This document shows positions 1 to 11,889 of a stretch of DNA of 39,905 bases, piece after piece. Every line of letters begins with the position of its first letter. Position 1 is the stretch's first letter. Under the pieces are notes generated by a model that worked only from the letters and a program-made list of their open reading frames with translations, searched no databases and was not told the origin of the DNA. This DNA comes from Thelocarpon superellum. Lineage: Eukaryota. The position numbers and the translations under genes were made by a program. The stretch lies in contig JAPEUG010000127.1 in assembly GCA_026025795.1 (NCBI GenBank), positions 1 to 39,905 on the forward strand, read 5' to 3'.

Positions 1-149
1 AAATGATAGCTTAAGGTCTTCTCTACTTACATCTCTAAGGGTTGATAAGTAGCAGTTGTGGTGGTGGAGTTGTGGCTGATCGTGGAGGTAGGGTCGAGAG
101 AAAAGTAGCCGGTTTCTAGGTGTGGCCAGTTTCTAGGTGGATACTGTTA
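1..149 (-). mobile_element. Terminus (probable 5' end) of a Tc1/mariner pogo/Fot1-like DNA transposon, truncated by the window edge and probably degenerate
   Basis: The minus strand reads TA + ACAGTATCC + ACCTAGAAACTGGCCAC + ACCTAGAAACCGGCTAC. This is a TA target site (148-149) followed by a ~43-nt terminus with two 17-nt direct repeats (105-121, 122-138), the layout of Fot1/Pot2-type TIRs. A C/A-rich stretch and an ATG-TAA follow. The partner TIR is not in the window. Confidence 0.55.
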
Positions 150-1327
150 GTACATACCTTGAGCATGGTCGCTCTTTCAAGATTCCCTACGGATTTGTGA
201 CGTAGTTGACTCTCGCCATCAATTACGGCGACCCAGTCACACCTGTTCCACAGGTGTCACAGCTGGTGGCAACCGAGCACCGTAGCTTGCTTCCTAAGAC
301 TGGACTCAGTTTGGATCACGGACGCTTTCAATACGACAACATCTGCTGAAGTAGCTACATCCGACAAGTATCTTAGCGTTGGATTGGGTCAGGAAACTCC
401 AGGCAGCCAAGTGGCGAACGGGTCTGAAGCGAAAACTCCAAAAAGCAATAGGATAACGCAAACCAATGATGTCCTTCCAACTGCTCTCACGTGCGCTCTC
501 GTGCACGCCAGAAACGTCCACTTCCACAGCCTTGTTGGTGGGCTTCGATTTTGACAACGCAAGGTACGTCAGACTTTCCTGGTGCTTGCTTCTCCGCTGC
601 CGTCGGTGAGATGTGCTATGTCACCTGAGCCTCGCGTGTTTCGTCTCTTGTGGTGCGACGGCTCCGGCTTCCTGCTGATAGAGTCGTAGCGAGGATCTGT
701 GCTAATCCATTGACACTTGTCATAAACTTTATGCAGTTATGTCTGGGCATATATTTAGCCGGGGCCAAGTGGTGAGCCTTCCGTTAGCGAGCGGGACATC
801 CAGACTCGTGGTCGGATCTACATGCACAAACATGCCCGTAGAGGTAAAGGGAAACACCCTGATCGACGCCCGGAACGTTGGAGGTGTGCGCTCGGACTAG
901 CTCACTGGAACGGCCCTGACCACGTCGCGGTCTTAGTCTTGGGCCTAAAAACAGTCCAAGCTCTAAGCTTGTTTCGATCGTTGACGATCCTATTGGACTT
1001 CCCCAGGGACTGGAGAGTGCGATCGCTACTCGTGTCCGAGATGCCACACCGTCGGGCCCAAATGACTACCACGCGGATCACCTTGGCTACCGCGCCCTGA
1101 TACAGAGAGCACAGATCGGCCTCTGTCCGACGTTTCCTTCACACTGATGCCGGATTCCGATTGGGTATCCCACGTTGCGCTGCTACCCACCCACCTGGTG
1201 GAGCAGAAACTGCTCATAAACGACAGCTTCCCCTGATGGTGCCAACGATGGGGAACCCAATGTCATGCGTCTTTACCATCTTTTCCGATCCGGATTCTCT
1301 TGCCGTGCGGGAGTGATGTTTACAGTC

Positions 1328-2898
1328 ATGCATCTGCTATCGCGTGCATGGTTCTTTTCGCTTCTTTGCACCGTCTCTGCCGCGCCGGCCCCGGCTCCGT
1401 CTCTTGATTGTGGATGCGTCGAGATCGAGGTGGTGACGACAGTGGGGCCTCCAGCCGAAGCGCCAACTTCCGTAGTCGCGTTCTCATCGACGGGGGGCTC
1501 ATCATCAGGAACCCAGGGGGCGGTCGGTGCCAGTGACAACAGCGTCGCCTCGTCGCCAGGAGTGGTACCCGTCCTGTCGAGTCAGGGCAACTCGACCTCA
1601 CCACAGAGCTCTCCGCAATCGAACACCACTGGGGCTATCGATGCGACTACACCGCGGCAAGACTCATTGCAATCCAACGGCACGACGACGCCGGGGTCGG
1701 GAATGTCGCAACAGGCCTCGCCGACGTCGGACGCTAGTGCCAGCGGCAGCCCATCGACGACACAATCTGGGTCGACTGCAAGTGGAACTACCAGTGCCAG
1801 TGCCAGTGCCAGCGCCAGTGCCAGCGCCAGCGCCAGTGCCAGCGCCAGCGCCTCAACGAGCCGGTCCAGCGCAAGCGCAACCGCGACCGCGAAGGCTCCC
1901 AGGCTAAGTGGGGATACTTTCAATCTCTTCATGTTGTAGGTCACGCTCGCTCGACCTGGGATGATTGAATGCTGAACGACGGAAGTGGCGACTCATACAC
2001 GACGACGAATTTCAACCCCGCCGGCACTCAGCCCAGCAGCGATAATCCCCTCGGAAATGACGACTGCCGTATGATCGATCAGAATGGACATCATCCTTGG
2101 ACATAGACTGATCTGAGATAGCCCATGCCACCAATTACGTGTATGATCTGGCGACCATTTACAACTCGACCCTGACGCTGGGTTACAACTACGCCGTGAG
2201 CGGAGCCACGATCGATGCATGGGCGACGACGCAGGGAACGAACACCCTGAAAGTGCAGGTTGAACAGGACTACCGACCTCTGGTCGGCACACATCCGGCG
2301 GGGACATCATGGACGCCGTCCAATAGTCTTGTCGGACTGTTCATCGGCATCAACGAGTAAGCTCTCTCCTCCATCCACACCTGCCACTCTCCCACCTTCC
2401 CCGGGCCAGCGCTGATCCCAACGCAGCGTCGACCAACTCGCCCTCGGCACGGTCACGACCCCATTCGCCACGGAGATTGTAACGTACATGACGACGTATT
2501 TCAACATCGTAGAAGAATTGTACACGTCCGGCCAACGAAACTTCTTCTTCATCACCGTGCCGCCGCTGCAGCACTCGCCCATGATCGTCGCCAACGCCGC
2601 CGCGGCCATCCAGACGTGGACGACCGCAGGACCGGCGTACAACACGGCGCTCGCGGTGCAGGTCCAAGCCTTCGCCGCCGCGCACTCGGACGTGGTCACG
2701 CACATCTTCGACAGCGTGCCGCTGTGGACCTCCGTGCTGGGCAACCCGATCGCCTTCGGCTTCAAGGACAACATCACCATCGGCGCCTGGGACGATAAAA
2801 CCACCATCTGGACGGACACCTTTCACCCCGGCAACAGTATGAATAACATCATCGCCCAGAAGCTGTCCAAGGAGCTGCATGGCGCCTTCAACTTCTAG
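1328..2898 (+). CDS. Secreted SGNH/GDSL esterase, carbohydrate esterase family 16-like, with long Ser/Thr-rich N-terminal linker; exons 1328-1935, 1986-2068, 2122-2356, 2427-2898
   Basis: Splicing restores the SGNH blocks FGDSYT, NYAVSGAT, FIGINDV and WTDTFHP. Introns: 1936-1985 (GTAGGT..AAG), 2069-2121 (GTATGA..TAG), 2357-2426 (GTAAGC..CAG). Signal-peptide-like start MHLLSRAWFFSLLCTVSA; the ATG at 1316 is an alternative start. Confidence 0.85.
1793..1852 (+). repeat. (AGYGCC)10 coding hexanucleotide repeat encoding (Ser-Ala)10
   Basis: Directly visible tandem repeat in the esterase linker. Confidence 0.9.
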
Positions 2899-3261
2899 CG
2901 CTCTTCTCAACCCGCTCCGTACTCCTTTCATTTCTGTCATTCCCTTTGGCTCACTGGCCTGGGGCCCTTGTCTGATGTAGCATAGCGTGGCCTGGCGCAG
3001 CATGCAGGGATGTAGCATAACCTTTTGACAACAAAACAACATCAATTGTGATATCATTTCTCTGACAGTCTTCTCTTGTCAAGTGCCTCGAAGCATGCTT
3101 AGGAATGCCTTACCACATGTTGAACCACATGCTTGGGCACACGCGTAGGCAGGCGTCGTGACACAAGTGACTCGCCAGTAGCGGATGTGATCGATTGCGG
3201 AGCCTGCTTTTGGGCCCCCTCCATCGTCGCCTCCCGCTTCGGGTCTGGTGCATGGCGCCAT

Positions 3262-4032
3262 TCACCTCGTCGAGTCCTTGCGGCTGCCACTCCGAGTCTT
3301 CATCGGCGCAATCGTGTCGATAAAGGGCCGGTAGGGTGCAGCGATGACCGCGGGCGCCGCTCGGTCAGCCAGCGAGGACCGGCTCGGGTCGCGCTGGGGC
3401 TCGCCGAGATTGGGCCGGGCGATCTGCTCCGCGTGTAACTTGTCGAGCGGCTCGCCGATGATGTGGTACTTGGCCCAATTGATGGGCGGACAGCGTATCA
3501 CGTTCTGCGGGCCTGGTATCCGTCCAAACGTCGCGGATGCTTTGTCTTCGGCGCCGTCCACGTCCATCTTTGTAGGTCCGTATTCATCGTCATGACTGTC
3601 GTCTTCATCGTCATCGTCGTCCTCGTCCTCATCTTGACCATCTGCGCCATTGAGTGGGAGCAATGGGCCGCCGCCATTTCCGCCGCCCGTCTTAGTCTTG
3701 ATACGGCCGGTCTGGAGCGCGTGACGGAAATGTTCGGAGTCGGCCACGGCCTTCCGTTTCAGCCGATCTAGGGTCCGTAGGTCAGCGTGGCTTTGCTCGC
3801 GCTGCATCTGCAGGATCGACATGGCCGACCGCAGAGCGATGGCGTCCGAGTTTTGCCACTCCGAGATGGGTACGGGAGCCGACGGGGTGGGGCTATCGTT
3901 GGCCCCGTCCGACATGGGCGGATGTAAGCTGGGTCGAGGTACGGATGTACTCGTCCTCGACGCCTCGTCCGGGCTGAGCATCGACATCACACTGGCCAGG
4001 AGGTTGCGGTCGGGGAGGGTCAAGGCAGGCAT
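3262..4032 (-). CDS. Conserved fungal protein, 256 aa, resembling the ZZZ3/Ahc2 helical domain
   Basis: Single ORF with an amphipathic helix (NSDAIALRSAMSILQMQREQSHADLRTL), an acidic insert and an IPGPQNVIRCPPINWAKYHI motif. The family link is from recalled sequence similarity. Confidence 0.8.
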   Translation of the reverse strand: MPALTLPDRNLLASVMSMLSPDEASRTSTSVPRPSLHPPMSDGANDSPTPSAPVPISEWQNSDAIALRSAMSILQMQREQSHADLRTLDRLKRKAVADSEHFRHALQTGRIKTKTGGGNGGGPLLPLNGADGQDEDEDDDDDEDDSHDDEYGPTKMDVDGAEDKASATFGRIPGPQNVIRCPPINWAKYHIIGEPLDKLHAEQIARPNLGEPQRDPSRSSLADRAAPAVIAAPYRPFIDTIAPMKTRSGSRKDSTR

Positions 4033-5931
4033 GGCGGGCCGAGGAAGGAGAAAGCCGGGACTGCGGCGCGAGGTGGGCTGAAAGTGATCAGGCCGGACGA
4101 TGTGATGCGTTACTTACGACCGCTGGCTCGATGTGGCCATGGCCAAGGAGATGACCACTACGACGCTAATATTCGGATGGAAGGCCGGCCTGCTCAGGTC
4201 GTCGTGTGAGCCTCCTCATGAACCGGTGCGATGCGAGCTCGATGGGGAGGGAGCACAAAGACTGCCGTGGGGCTGCATCTAGCGACAGGCTCTGCGCTAA
4301 GAACGTGCCCCCAAACCGATACGCTGGACCGTTGTACTCGTACGCGTACTTTGTACTACACGGCTTGCGCCAAATGAAGGACTATGTTACTTCTTTGGCT
4401 GCCTTGCGTGCGCGTAGAGGTCTTTACGCTGGAGGCTCGCTTGATGATTCGCCGGGCAACGTGACGGCAGAAGTTGCGATTGGGGTTCTCCTGGGACGGA
4501 GTATGGAATGCCCGCCGTGGATTTGGCTCGGCTCTTCGCAGGGCGACGATCTGGATCAGTCACTCGGATGGCGGCGTTGTACTTTGCTGTTAGTCGCGAC
4601 CAAATTGCGCGATTCGACGTTTCGTAGCCGGCAGTCAGGCAAGACCTTCCTGCACAAAACGCCAAGCGAGCACGACTCTCGCCCTCGATGTCCGACGCCC
4701 GGTAGTGAGTCGCTAGCTGGAAGTTTGCCGGGCTGCCGCCTGTGCCAGGCGGGATGCAATGCTGAACCGACGTGGCATTTGACGCAAGATCCTCCTCGTG
4801 GCTTTTCCCCCTTTGAGAGGGCCGTGCAGGGAAGAGCACGGTCTTGTCCGACCTCGCGAAGAGCCACGAGTCTCCTCGACGCCCCGTCGTCCCTACGCGC
4901 GAGAGCACACCGGCAGAGACGGGTATCACCGCCGGCGATGCTCCAGGAAACGACGACGCGCGCGTGGTCTACGACCTGTTGCTCGCGTGCACTTGTCCGT
5001 TCTCCACTCGGACGACGCTGTGCCGTTCCCCCACGTGTAACCAGAACGTTTAGTTGGCATTCCTTCCCGAGCTTGTTAGCTAAAGCCGCACTCAACACGT
5101 CCAGCGTTGGAGCGGGCGCGAGAGATCTAACTGACCGTAGGATCTCCGCGAAGTTTCTAAGGATGCTACTTGTAGAGGATGGCTTCAGAGCTAGCCCTTA
5201 CCGTGCTCAGGGATTGATCTCGATCTCGATCCGGGACACGACTGAGAGTACTCGTCCGTCTTGCTTTTTGCGCCCTAAAGCTTCCTCCCTGGTCGTCCTA
5301 TGACGAGGCGACGTCTTAGTGACGCCCGCTACCCGTCTACAGATGAAGCCCCGGAAAATGAACGGCCCCCCCCCGGTCCATTCTCCTTAGTCACAGCTGC
5401 ACGGAGCTCGAGACATCAAGAGCGTGGCGGGCTTGGATAGACATGGGCTTACTTGGCTCCATGCGCAGAATAACCTTCTTCCACCTACCCCAGCTCTTAG
5501 CTGCGTCGCTGCGTCGCCACTGCCGCAGCGCACCTCGGCGACGTGCCTGGTCCTTGGTTTACTGTGCCACCATTGGACCAGACGAGTATGAACGTAGTTC
5601 CGCCTCCCACTCCCGCCCTGCTAGTTCCTAGGCCCCGTCACTGCGAGCTCCTCTTCCTTGATAGGACGCCTGACTTCTTGTTCCCTTCTTTCCTGTCCGT
5701 CTCGCAACACTTCCTGTCCTCGCTCTCGCCGCGTCACATCTCACATTTTCCCTCCCATTGCTGGCCTGCTACCCACACGGAGCGCTGGGCCGGACGGACA
5801 GCAGGTCAATACGGCCAGCCACGTGCGGATGTCTCCTTCTCGCTGGTAAGTCTCGTCCTCGTCTATCGACCGACCAAGTGCGCGTCTCACGCCGTGTCTA
5901 GCTCTTTTCTTTCTCTCCATCGTCTCTCACG

Positions 5932-6933
5932 ATGCCTGCCACGGAGGATTCGTACACATCCACCGCCGCTTGTGAACCCTCTCTCAGCGTGCCTGACGTC
6001 GTGGCCCCCCAACCGAGTCCGCCTCCATCGATAATCAGCACCCTCTCCGGGTCAACGTCAACCCCGGCCTGGTCCACGTCCTCGCCACCGCTCTCCTCGA
6101 CCGCAACGCCGGCTTCCAGTATGGCGCCGGTGTCGAGTCCAACCCAGTCCCATTTCAGTCTGGGATCGTCAGACCCACGAGAGAGTCGCAAGAAACGCTC
6201 CTCCATTTTGACTGGTTTCTTTACCACCCGAGAGCCGTCGACTCAAGCCTTTCGAGAATACCAAAAGGACCAGGCACGCCTAGCGGCCGAAGCCGACCAG
6301 AAGCGACCCTCACGCACGTCGGCCCGGCCTGGAGGGATTTTGGTCCGGCCACCGACATCCGGCTCCCAAGGGAGCTCTCGATGGCTTGGTGTGCCACCGT
6401 CACCCAAGCTTCCGTCGCCTGCAGGTTCCGACCCGGAAGTTCGATGCAAGTCGCGAGAGAAACTGGCGTCCATCGAGGCCACTCGACCTTATCCCAGTCA
6501 ACAGTCCGGCGCAGGGTCAGTCCACTCCAGCTCGACGCTGAACTCGAACAGCAGCTTGAGCTTTACGTCATCCAACAGCAGCAAAGAGCGGCTGGGTAGC
6601 AAGATGGCTGTTGGCCCCGACTCTCACGCACCCACACCTTCCGAGTCAGTCGCGGACGCCAAAGGCATGACCACGGCTGATGACACGAGCGTCGACTTGC
6701 CGGCGAAGCCATCCACTTCGTCCCACCCGAGCGTCCACTTGTCCGTCACGGCTGCGACGAGCATCGAGCCCAAGAGGCCTAACATGTTGACGATGAGCGT
6801 GAAGGGGGCTGGTGCGCGCGACCGAAGCATCACACCGTGGGACTTTATGGAACCGGTGGAGGAAGTCAACGTGATCACATGTAACGCCATGAAATCGGCC
6901 AATCGGTCTTCGGTCTGGTCTCGGCCGAAGTGA
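5932..6933 (+). CDS. Hypothetical Ser/Pro-rich, largely disordered protein (333 aa)
   Basis: 1-kb ORF with ATG after a pyrimidine-rich leader. It has a short ordered-looking segment RKKRSSILTGFFTTREPSTQAFREYQKDQ and a C-terminal ITPWDF. No recognisable domain. Confidence 0.65.
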   Translation: MPATEDSYTSTAACEPSLSVPDVVAPQPSPPPSIISTLSGSTSTPAWSTSSPPLSSTATPASSMAPVSSPTQSHFSLGSSDPRESRKKRSSILTGFFTTREPSTQAFREYQKDQARLAAEADQKRPSRTSARPGGILVRPPTSGSQGSSRWLGVPPSPKLPSPAGSDPEVRCKSREKLASIEATRPYPSQQSGAGSVHSSSTLNSNSSLSFTSSNSSKERLGSKMAVGPDSHAPTPSESVADAKGMTTADDTSVDLPAKPSTSSHPSVHLSVTAATSIEPKRPNMLTMSVKGAGARDRSITPWDFMEPVEEVNVITCNAMKSANRSSVWSRPK

Positions 6934-8362
6934 GCATGTTAGTGGGCCGCCATTGTCGCACGCTCTCTCCGACTGCGAATTCTGCTTGGATGCTCCATCT
7001 CTGCTGCGACGGTAGGGGTGAACGGTTGAACGACTGCGGTTTCCCGGAGAGATGCTCTGTTACGGGCTGGAGTCGGGCGAATACAATTGGGCTGTACTAC
7101 TAGATGGATGGCTGTCGGCGTTCTTTTCGGGGCGACAACAGTATGGACGACTCATACCGTGCTATCCTAACGGCAGATAGCAATAGCGAGTGGACTAGCT
7201 CGAATGAATTGCTTCTGGTCCCGTCTCCACCACGCCACACGAGCGAACGCAGTAGAAGCCTTTGGGCAGTGGTCCGCCCGCGCTGACTCTACCACTGAAT
7301 AACACATGCCCAAATGACCGCCTCAGTCATTGGGGCCCCAGCATTAGCCGTTATATGATGGGATGGTGCTGATGGAGGTCAGTGTGCGGCTTGGGTATAC
7401 GCAGGCTGCTTGTACTGTCCAGCGGTCGTCAACATTACCTGACTGATCAGGCACACCCATTGTCGGCGGAACTCGTCAGATGCGACCCCGCTGCAGGGTG
7501 CGTACGCTTGCGTGTTTGACTCCCTCTCCCTCGCGGGCAAGTTCGGAGGCGTCCACGGGCGTTGTGCCGCTAAACGGCGCCTCTAAACGTTGTATTCCGC
7601 GCGTGGCATGCCTCTGGCCAAGCCACCGTCCGTTGCCTTAGCGGGGACTGGCCGTCGAAGACTCAGGGTTAAGCGAAGAAGCCGCCAACCAGAAGCCTCG
7701 GTCCTCGAGGCACTGAGACGCAGGATGGGCGCCGCACTTCGGAACTCTGGCACCTCCTTGGCTCCTTGGCACTTTGGCGCCGGCAATACAGGCACTGGCA
7801 TTTTGGCACTTTCGCCCTGGCAGCTTAGCGTCTTCTACCACGCGCGGCACTTGCCGAGCTTCGTTCAGTGGGACCACGGACGAGGCCGGACTACGGCGAG
7901 CAGCAGTACCATGGTAGGTAAGTGAGCAACGTACAGAGGCACAGAAATGGTCGACACGGCGACCGGCGGCCAGCGACCAACGCGTCTGCCCCTCGAGTCC
8001 ATCCTCGGCGAACCGCGGTCTGAGGCGCCCCGACGACGTGGCCATCATCGTCCTGACTCCAACCCCGTGGCTGCCTGTCGGTGACTTTGCGTGCTCTCCA
8101 GCCTCGTCGGCCCTTTCGGGTTGCCCTGCTGCAGGTTGTTTTGCTTAATGCTGGCTCGTTGCACCGCATCCGTTGGATGCTTCGCTCGACTGCCTGGCTC
8201 TCTGTGTCCGCTGCTTGATGGACAGGCTCTCCGACGCGCGCACTGCCCATGAAATATCTGCGGCTCCATCGTGCGGGCGAGCATCGTGCGTGGCATCCAA
8301 ATCCAAATCCTGCTCCGGCCGTGCGTGTGGATGACCAGCAAGACCAGCGAGAGCGAGACGAG

Positions 8363-10192
8363 ATGGACGGCATGGACAGCCAACCCGCCACCCAGCCGGT
8401 CATGGACCCACGGCGGATCGGACGGAACAACTCGGGCCTGTCCGAATCCGATCTGGCCGACGTCATCTGCGTCTTCCATCCATGCACCACCAGCGCCATT
8501 CGCATCGTGGCCTGGATGGCTCGACACGCGCCCCAGCACATCTTGCAGAATGACGATCTCCTCGACGCCCTCGACGGTGGCCTCCTACAGCCTAGGGTGG
8601 CTGAGGGAAGAGACATCGCCCTGCGGATGTCGTCTTCGGTGAAGGATCCCGCCTTGGGGTTCGTCTTCGGGCGTGCCCGGCACAAGAGCGATGTTCTGCT
8701 GTGCGATGACCAGTGGAACAGCCTCATCAGCCAGCAACACTTTCGCGTCTACGTCAATACGCAAGGCTCGCTGATGCTGCAAGACATGTCCACCAACGGC
8801 ACCTGGGTCGACCAGATTGTCTTGCGCTCCCGCGCCTTTACCGCTGGCGCCCCACCGGACGCGGAGGATTGGGGCTCGCAACGGATGCTGACGGGCGGCA
8901 ACATGGTTCACGTCCTCATCTCATCGGGCGGCAGCGAAGAGGCGGCCAAGTTCATCGTCCGTATCCCTTCGCGCGATGGCTACGAAGACGCGTACTTTGA
9001 CGCGCTGGATGACTACATTGCCCGGACCGCGCGAGCTCAGCACGTCACAGCTCGTGCGGGACAGAGACGTCCTGCCGGCGGGCCGCTCTTTCCCGCCGTC
9101 GCGACTCCACCCGTCGGCCGTCTGGCGTCGCAAGCCTATCGATCGTCGGCCAGCCTGGCTCAGCTCGGCAAGGTGTGGGATGGGGGGAAGGACTACAACG
9201 TCATTGGCACGGCGGGCAAAGGCGCGTTCGCGACGGTATGGAAGATTGCGACGAAGCGAGACGGCGAGGTGTATGCGGCCAAGGAGATCAGCAAGCGGCA
9301 GTTTTTGAAGAATGGCGTCCTCGATCAGAAGCTGGACAACGAGATGCGCATCATGCGTCAGCTTCGACATGTGAGTGGCAGATAATGGCTCGACATGACG
9401 GGAGCTGACGGAGATAGCGTCATATTGTCCAATACATCTCGCATCTGGAGGAGAAAGACAGCATGTACATCATCATGGAGTTTGTTCCCGGCGGCGATCT
9501 CAGCTCGGTGATCAACGAACGGGGACCTTTACCGGAGCCCGGCGCAAAGGTGGTGGCGAGCCAAATCTTGCTGGCCTTGGAATATCTGCACGCGCGAAAG
9601 ATCACGCATCGGGACATCAAGCCCGACAATATCCTGATTGTGCGGGAGGATCCGATGGAAGTCAAACTGTCCGACTTTGGCCTGTCCAAGGTCATTGACA
9701 ATCAGGAGACGATGTTGAAGACGTTCTGCGGTACGCTGCTCTATTGCGCGCCGGAAGTCTTTAGTCGCTATCCCGACTATGTCAAGGAGTCCCGGCTCGA
9801 CCGACGCGGCAAGCGACCCCGACCCGATCGCGCGGAGTCACGCCCGCACTCGTACAACCAAGCTTGCGATATCTGGTCCTTCGCCGCGGTCATCTTCATG
9901 GCCCTCAGTGGCAAGGCGCCTTTCACGGCCGAGTCGGGCGACAAGGATTTTATGCTCGACAAGATCATGACGACGGAGCTGGACGTGGGGCCGTTGAGAC
10001 GCCGAGGCGTGTCGGAAGCAGGCATCGTCTTTCTGCGGAAGCTCCTCAACCGGCGACCCGAGCTGCGTCCGATGGAACGAGAGTGTCTGTGCGACCCCTG
10101 GTTGAAGGATGGGTCCACCTCAATGGCCACGGACGAGCACGTGGCTGGGGAGATGTTGGAACCAGGCGACGAGCCAGATGTCGATGTCGATT

Positions 10193-10234
<42 letters not shown>

Positions 10235-11889
10235 TCTTGGACACAGCATATCGAGAAGCGCGAGAATTGAAGCGGGCAAAGATTGGAGCTTTCGGGGCTT
10301 TCGGAGCTCTTGGAGCGCCTGAAATGACAGGCGCGTTTGGCCTCCGCGAAGACACTATGGCCGAGATACCTTCCAGTCCGGACGTGCAGATCCATTCGCC
10401 CACGATGGCCATGGCCGTTGGGAGAGACGGAGAAGAGACGCGTTTGTTTGGAGAGGTTGGCACCTCGGCGCTTGGAAGCTCGGGGGTTATCCCCGGGACT
10501 CATCTCAACCTGGGACTGCAAGACAGTTCGAATGATGAGAAGTCGGCGAATGACGCCGAGATGGCTGACATGGGTGAAACACTGCCAAGGCGAAATCAGC
10601 TTGAGCACCAGGCATCAGCACTGGGCAGTCTCCTGGGAACGGAAGCGTTGGTGGGCCAACTGAACGTGACTTCCCCCCAGCACTCGACGCACTCAGCACA
10701 CTCAACCCATTCGACGCCGAAATCAGCAACGACGCCAGTGACGCCCAAAACTCGGGAGCTCTCCCCGATGGGCGGGGCCACGACCATGGCGAAGGACAGG
10801 CTCACCCAAGACAGGGAGCCCTCCCCAACCCCCGCCCCGGCCCCCAAGACATTTATCCGGCGTATCAACCTGCCCATCCCCGACTCTTACTATTACGATC
10901 CATGGGACAAGTCGACGCATAACGCGGAGTATGCAGCCAAGATGCGCGCGTTGGAGCAGAAGGCAGACGGGGAGAAGTCGGAGCCGGCGCCAGGACCGGC
11001 GTCCGTCTCGATGGCCGCCGCTCCAGCCACAGACGCCGACGCCGCACGCAAGAAAGCCAACCAGACATTCAACGGGCTCTCGAGCACCGGTACGAGACAC
11101 TCCAGCACGACCGCGCCAACCACACAACCGCTCAGCAACGCCATCACCGTGCCACCACCCCGGCCTCCATTTCCACCCACGCCCGTCGTGCCCCTCCTCG
11201 GCAAGCTCAGCACCACGCCCACCTCTCTCTTCGATCTCACCATCCCGCTCACGAACCGCGAAACCTCCTGGGGCCGCGGCAGCAGCAACACGCACATCTA
11301 CTCCGACGCGGCCGAGACGCGCATCCCCAAATACGCCTTGGACATCTTGTTCTGGCGCGCGGGGCTCGCGGATGAAGTCGCCCGCGGCACGCCCTGGACC
11401 GACGTCGCCAACGTCCCCGCCCTGATCAAGACCCGCACCTCGCGCCGCATCCTCGTCAATGGCGTCAAGCTCTTCCGAGAGACGGACAAGGGCAATCCGT
11501 TCGGCAGACTGTATTCTGGTGACGTCGTTACGATCTTCAGGGAGGGTGAGGGGCGGAGGGATGATGCGGAAGGAAACGGAGCTGGGAACGGGAGCGGGAA
11601 TGGGAATGCAGATGTGGAGGCGCAGCACGCGGAAGACATGGTAGATGGGAGAGGAGGGAGAGAAGGAAAGGGAGGCGAAGGCGAAGGCTCACTGGAGTTC
11701 ATCTGCGAGTTCTACCACGGGGCCTCGGCGCGACCGAGACCACCGGCCGAGACGCCCTTCGTGATGGACTACGCGTTGTTTGGGGACGGTGCGGGTGCGG
11801 GTGCGGGTGCGGGTGCTGCCACTGGCACAGCCACTACCACAGCTTCTACTACCGCTATCGCCACTGCTTCTACTACCATCACTGACTAG
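8363..11889 (+). CDS. RAD53: Checkpoint kinase Rad53/Chk2 (FHA1-kinase-FHA2); exons 8363-9370, 9418-11889
   Basis: N-terminal SQ/TQ (DSQPATQP). FHA1 motifs GFVFGR..SQQHF..STNGTWV. Kinase motifs GKGAFATV, AAK, HRDIKPDN, DFG, TFCGTLLYCAPE. C-terminal FHA2 (TSWGR..RIPKYAL..VNGVKL). Intron 9371-9417 GTGAGT..GCTGAC..TAG. Start is uncertain (8249, 8363 or 8372). Confidence 0.9.
10195..10233 (+). repeat. (GACGAG)n coding repeat encoding poly(Asp-Glu) in RAD53
   Basis: Directly visible tandem hexamer. Confidence 0.9.

Noticed and set aside
4206..5303. 365-codon plus-strand ORF and overlapping 180-codon minus-strand ORFs
   Set aside because: Arg/Ser/Cys-rich with no motif and a GTG start in the ORF track; typical of chance ORFs in GC-rich DNA. 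One branch/acceptor-like string (CTAACTGACCGTAG near 5127-5140) could not be built into a gene model.
7980..7985. MCB-like ACGCGT upstream of RAD53
   Set aside because: A single hexamer in a CpG-rich genome; the same word occurs at several unrelated places in the window.
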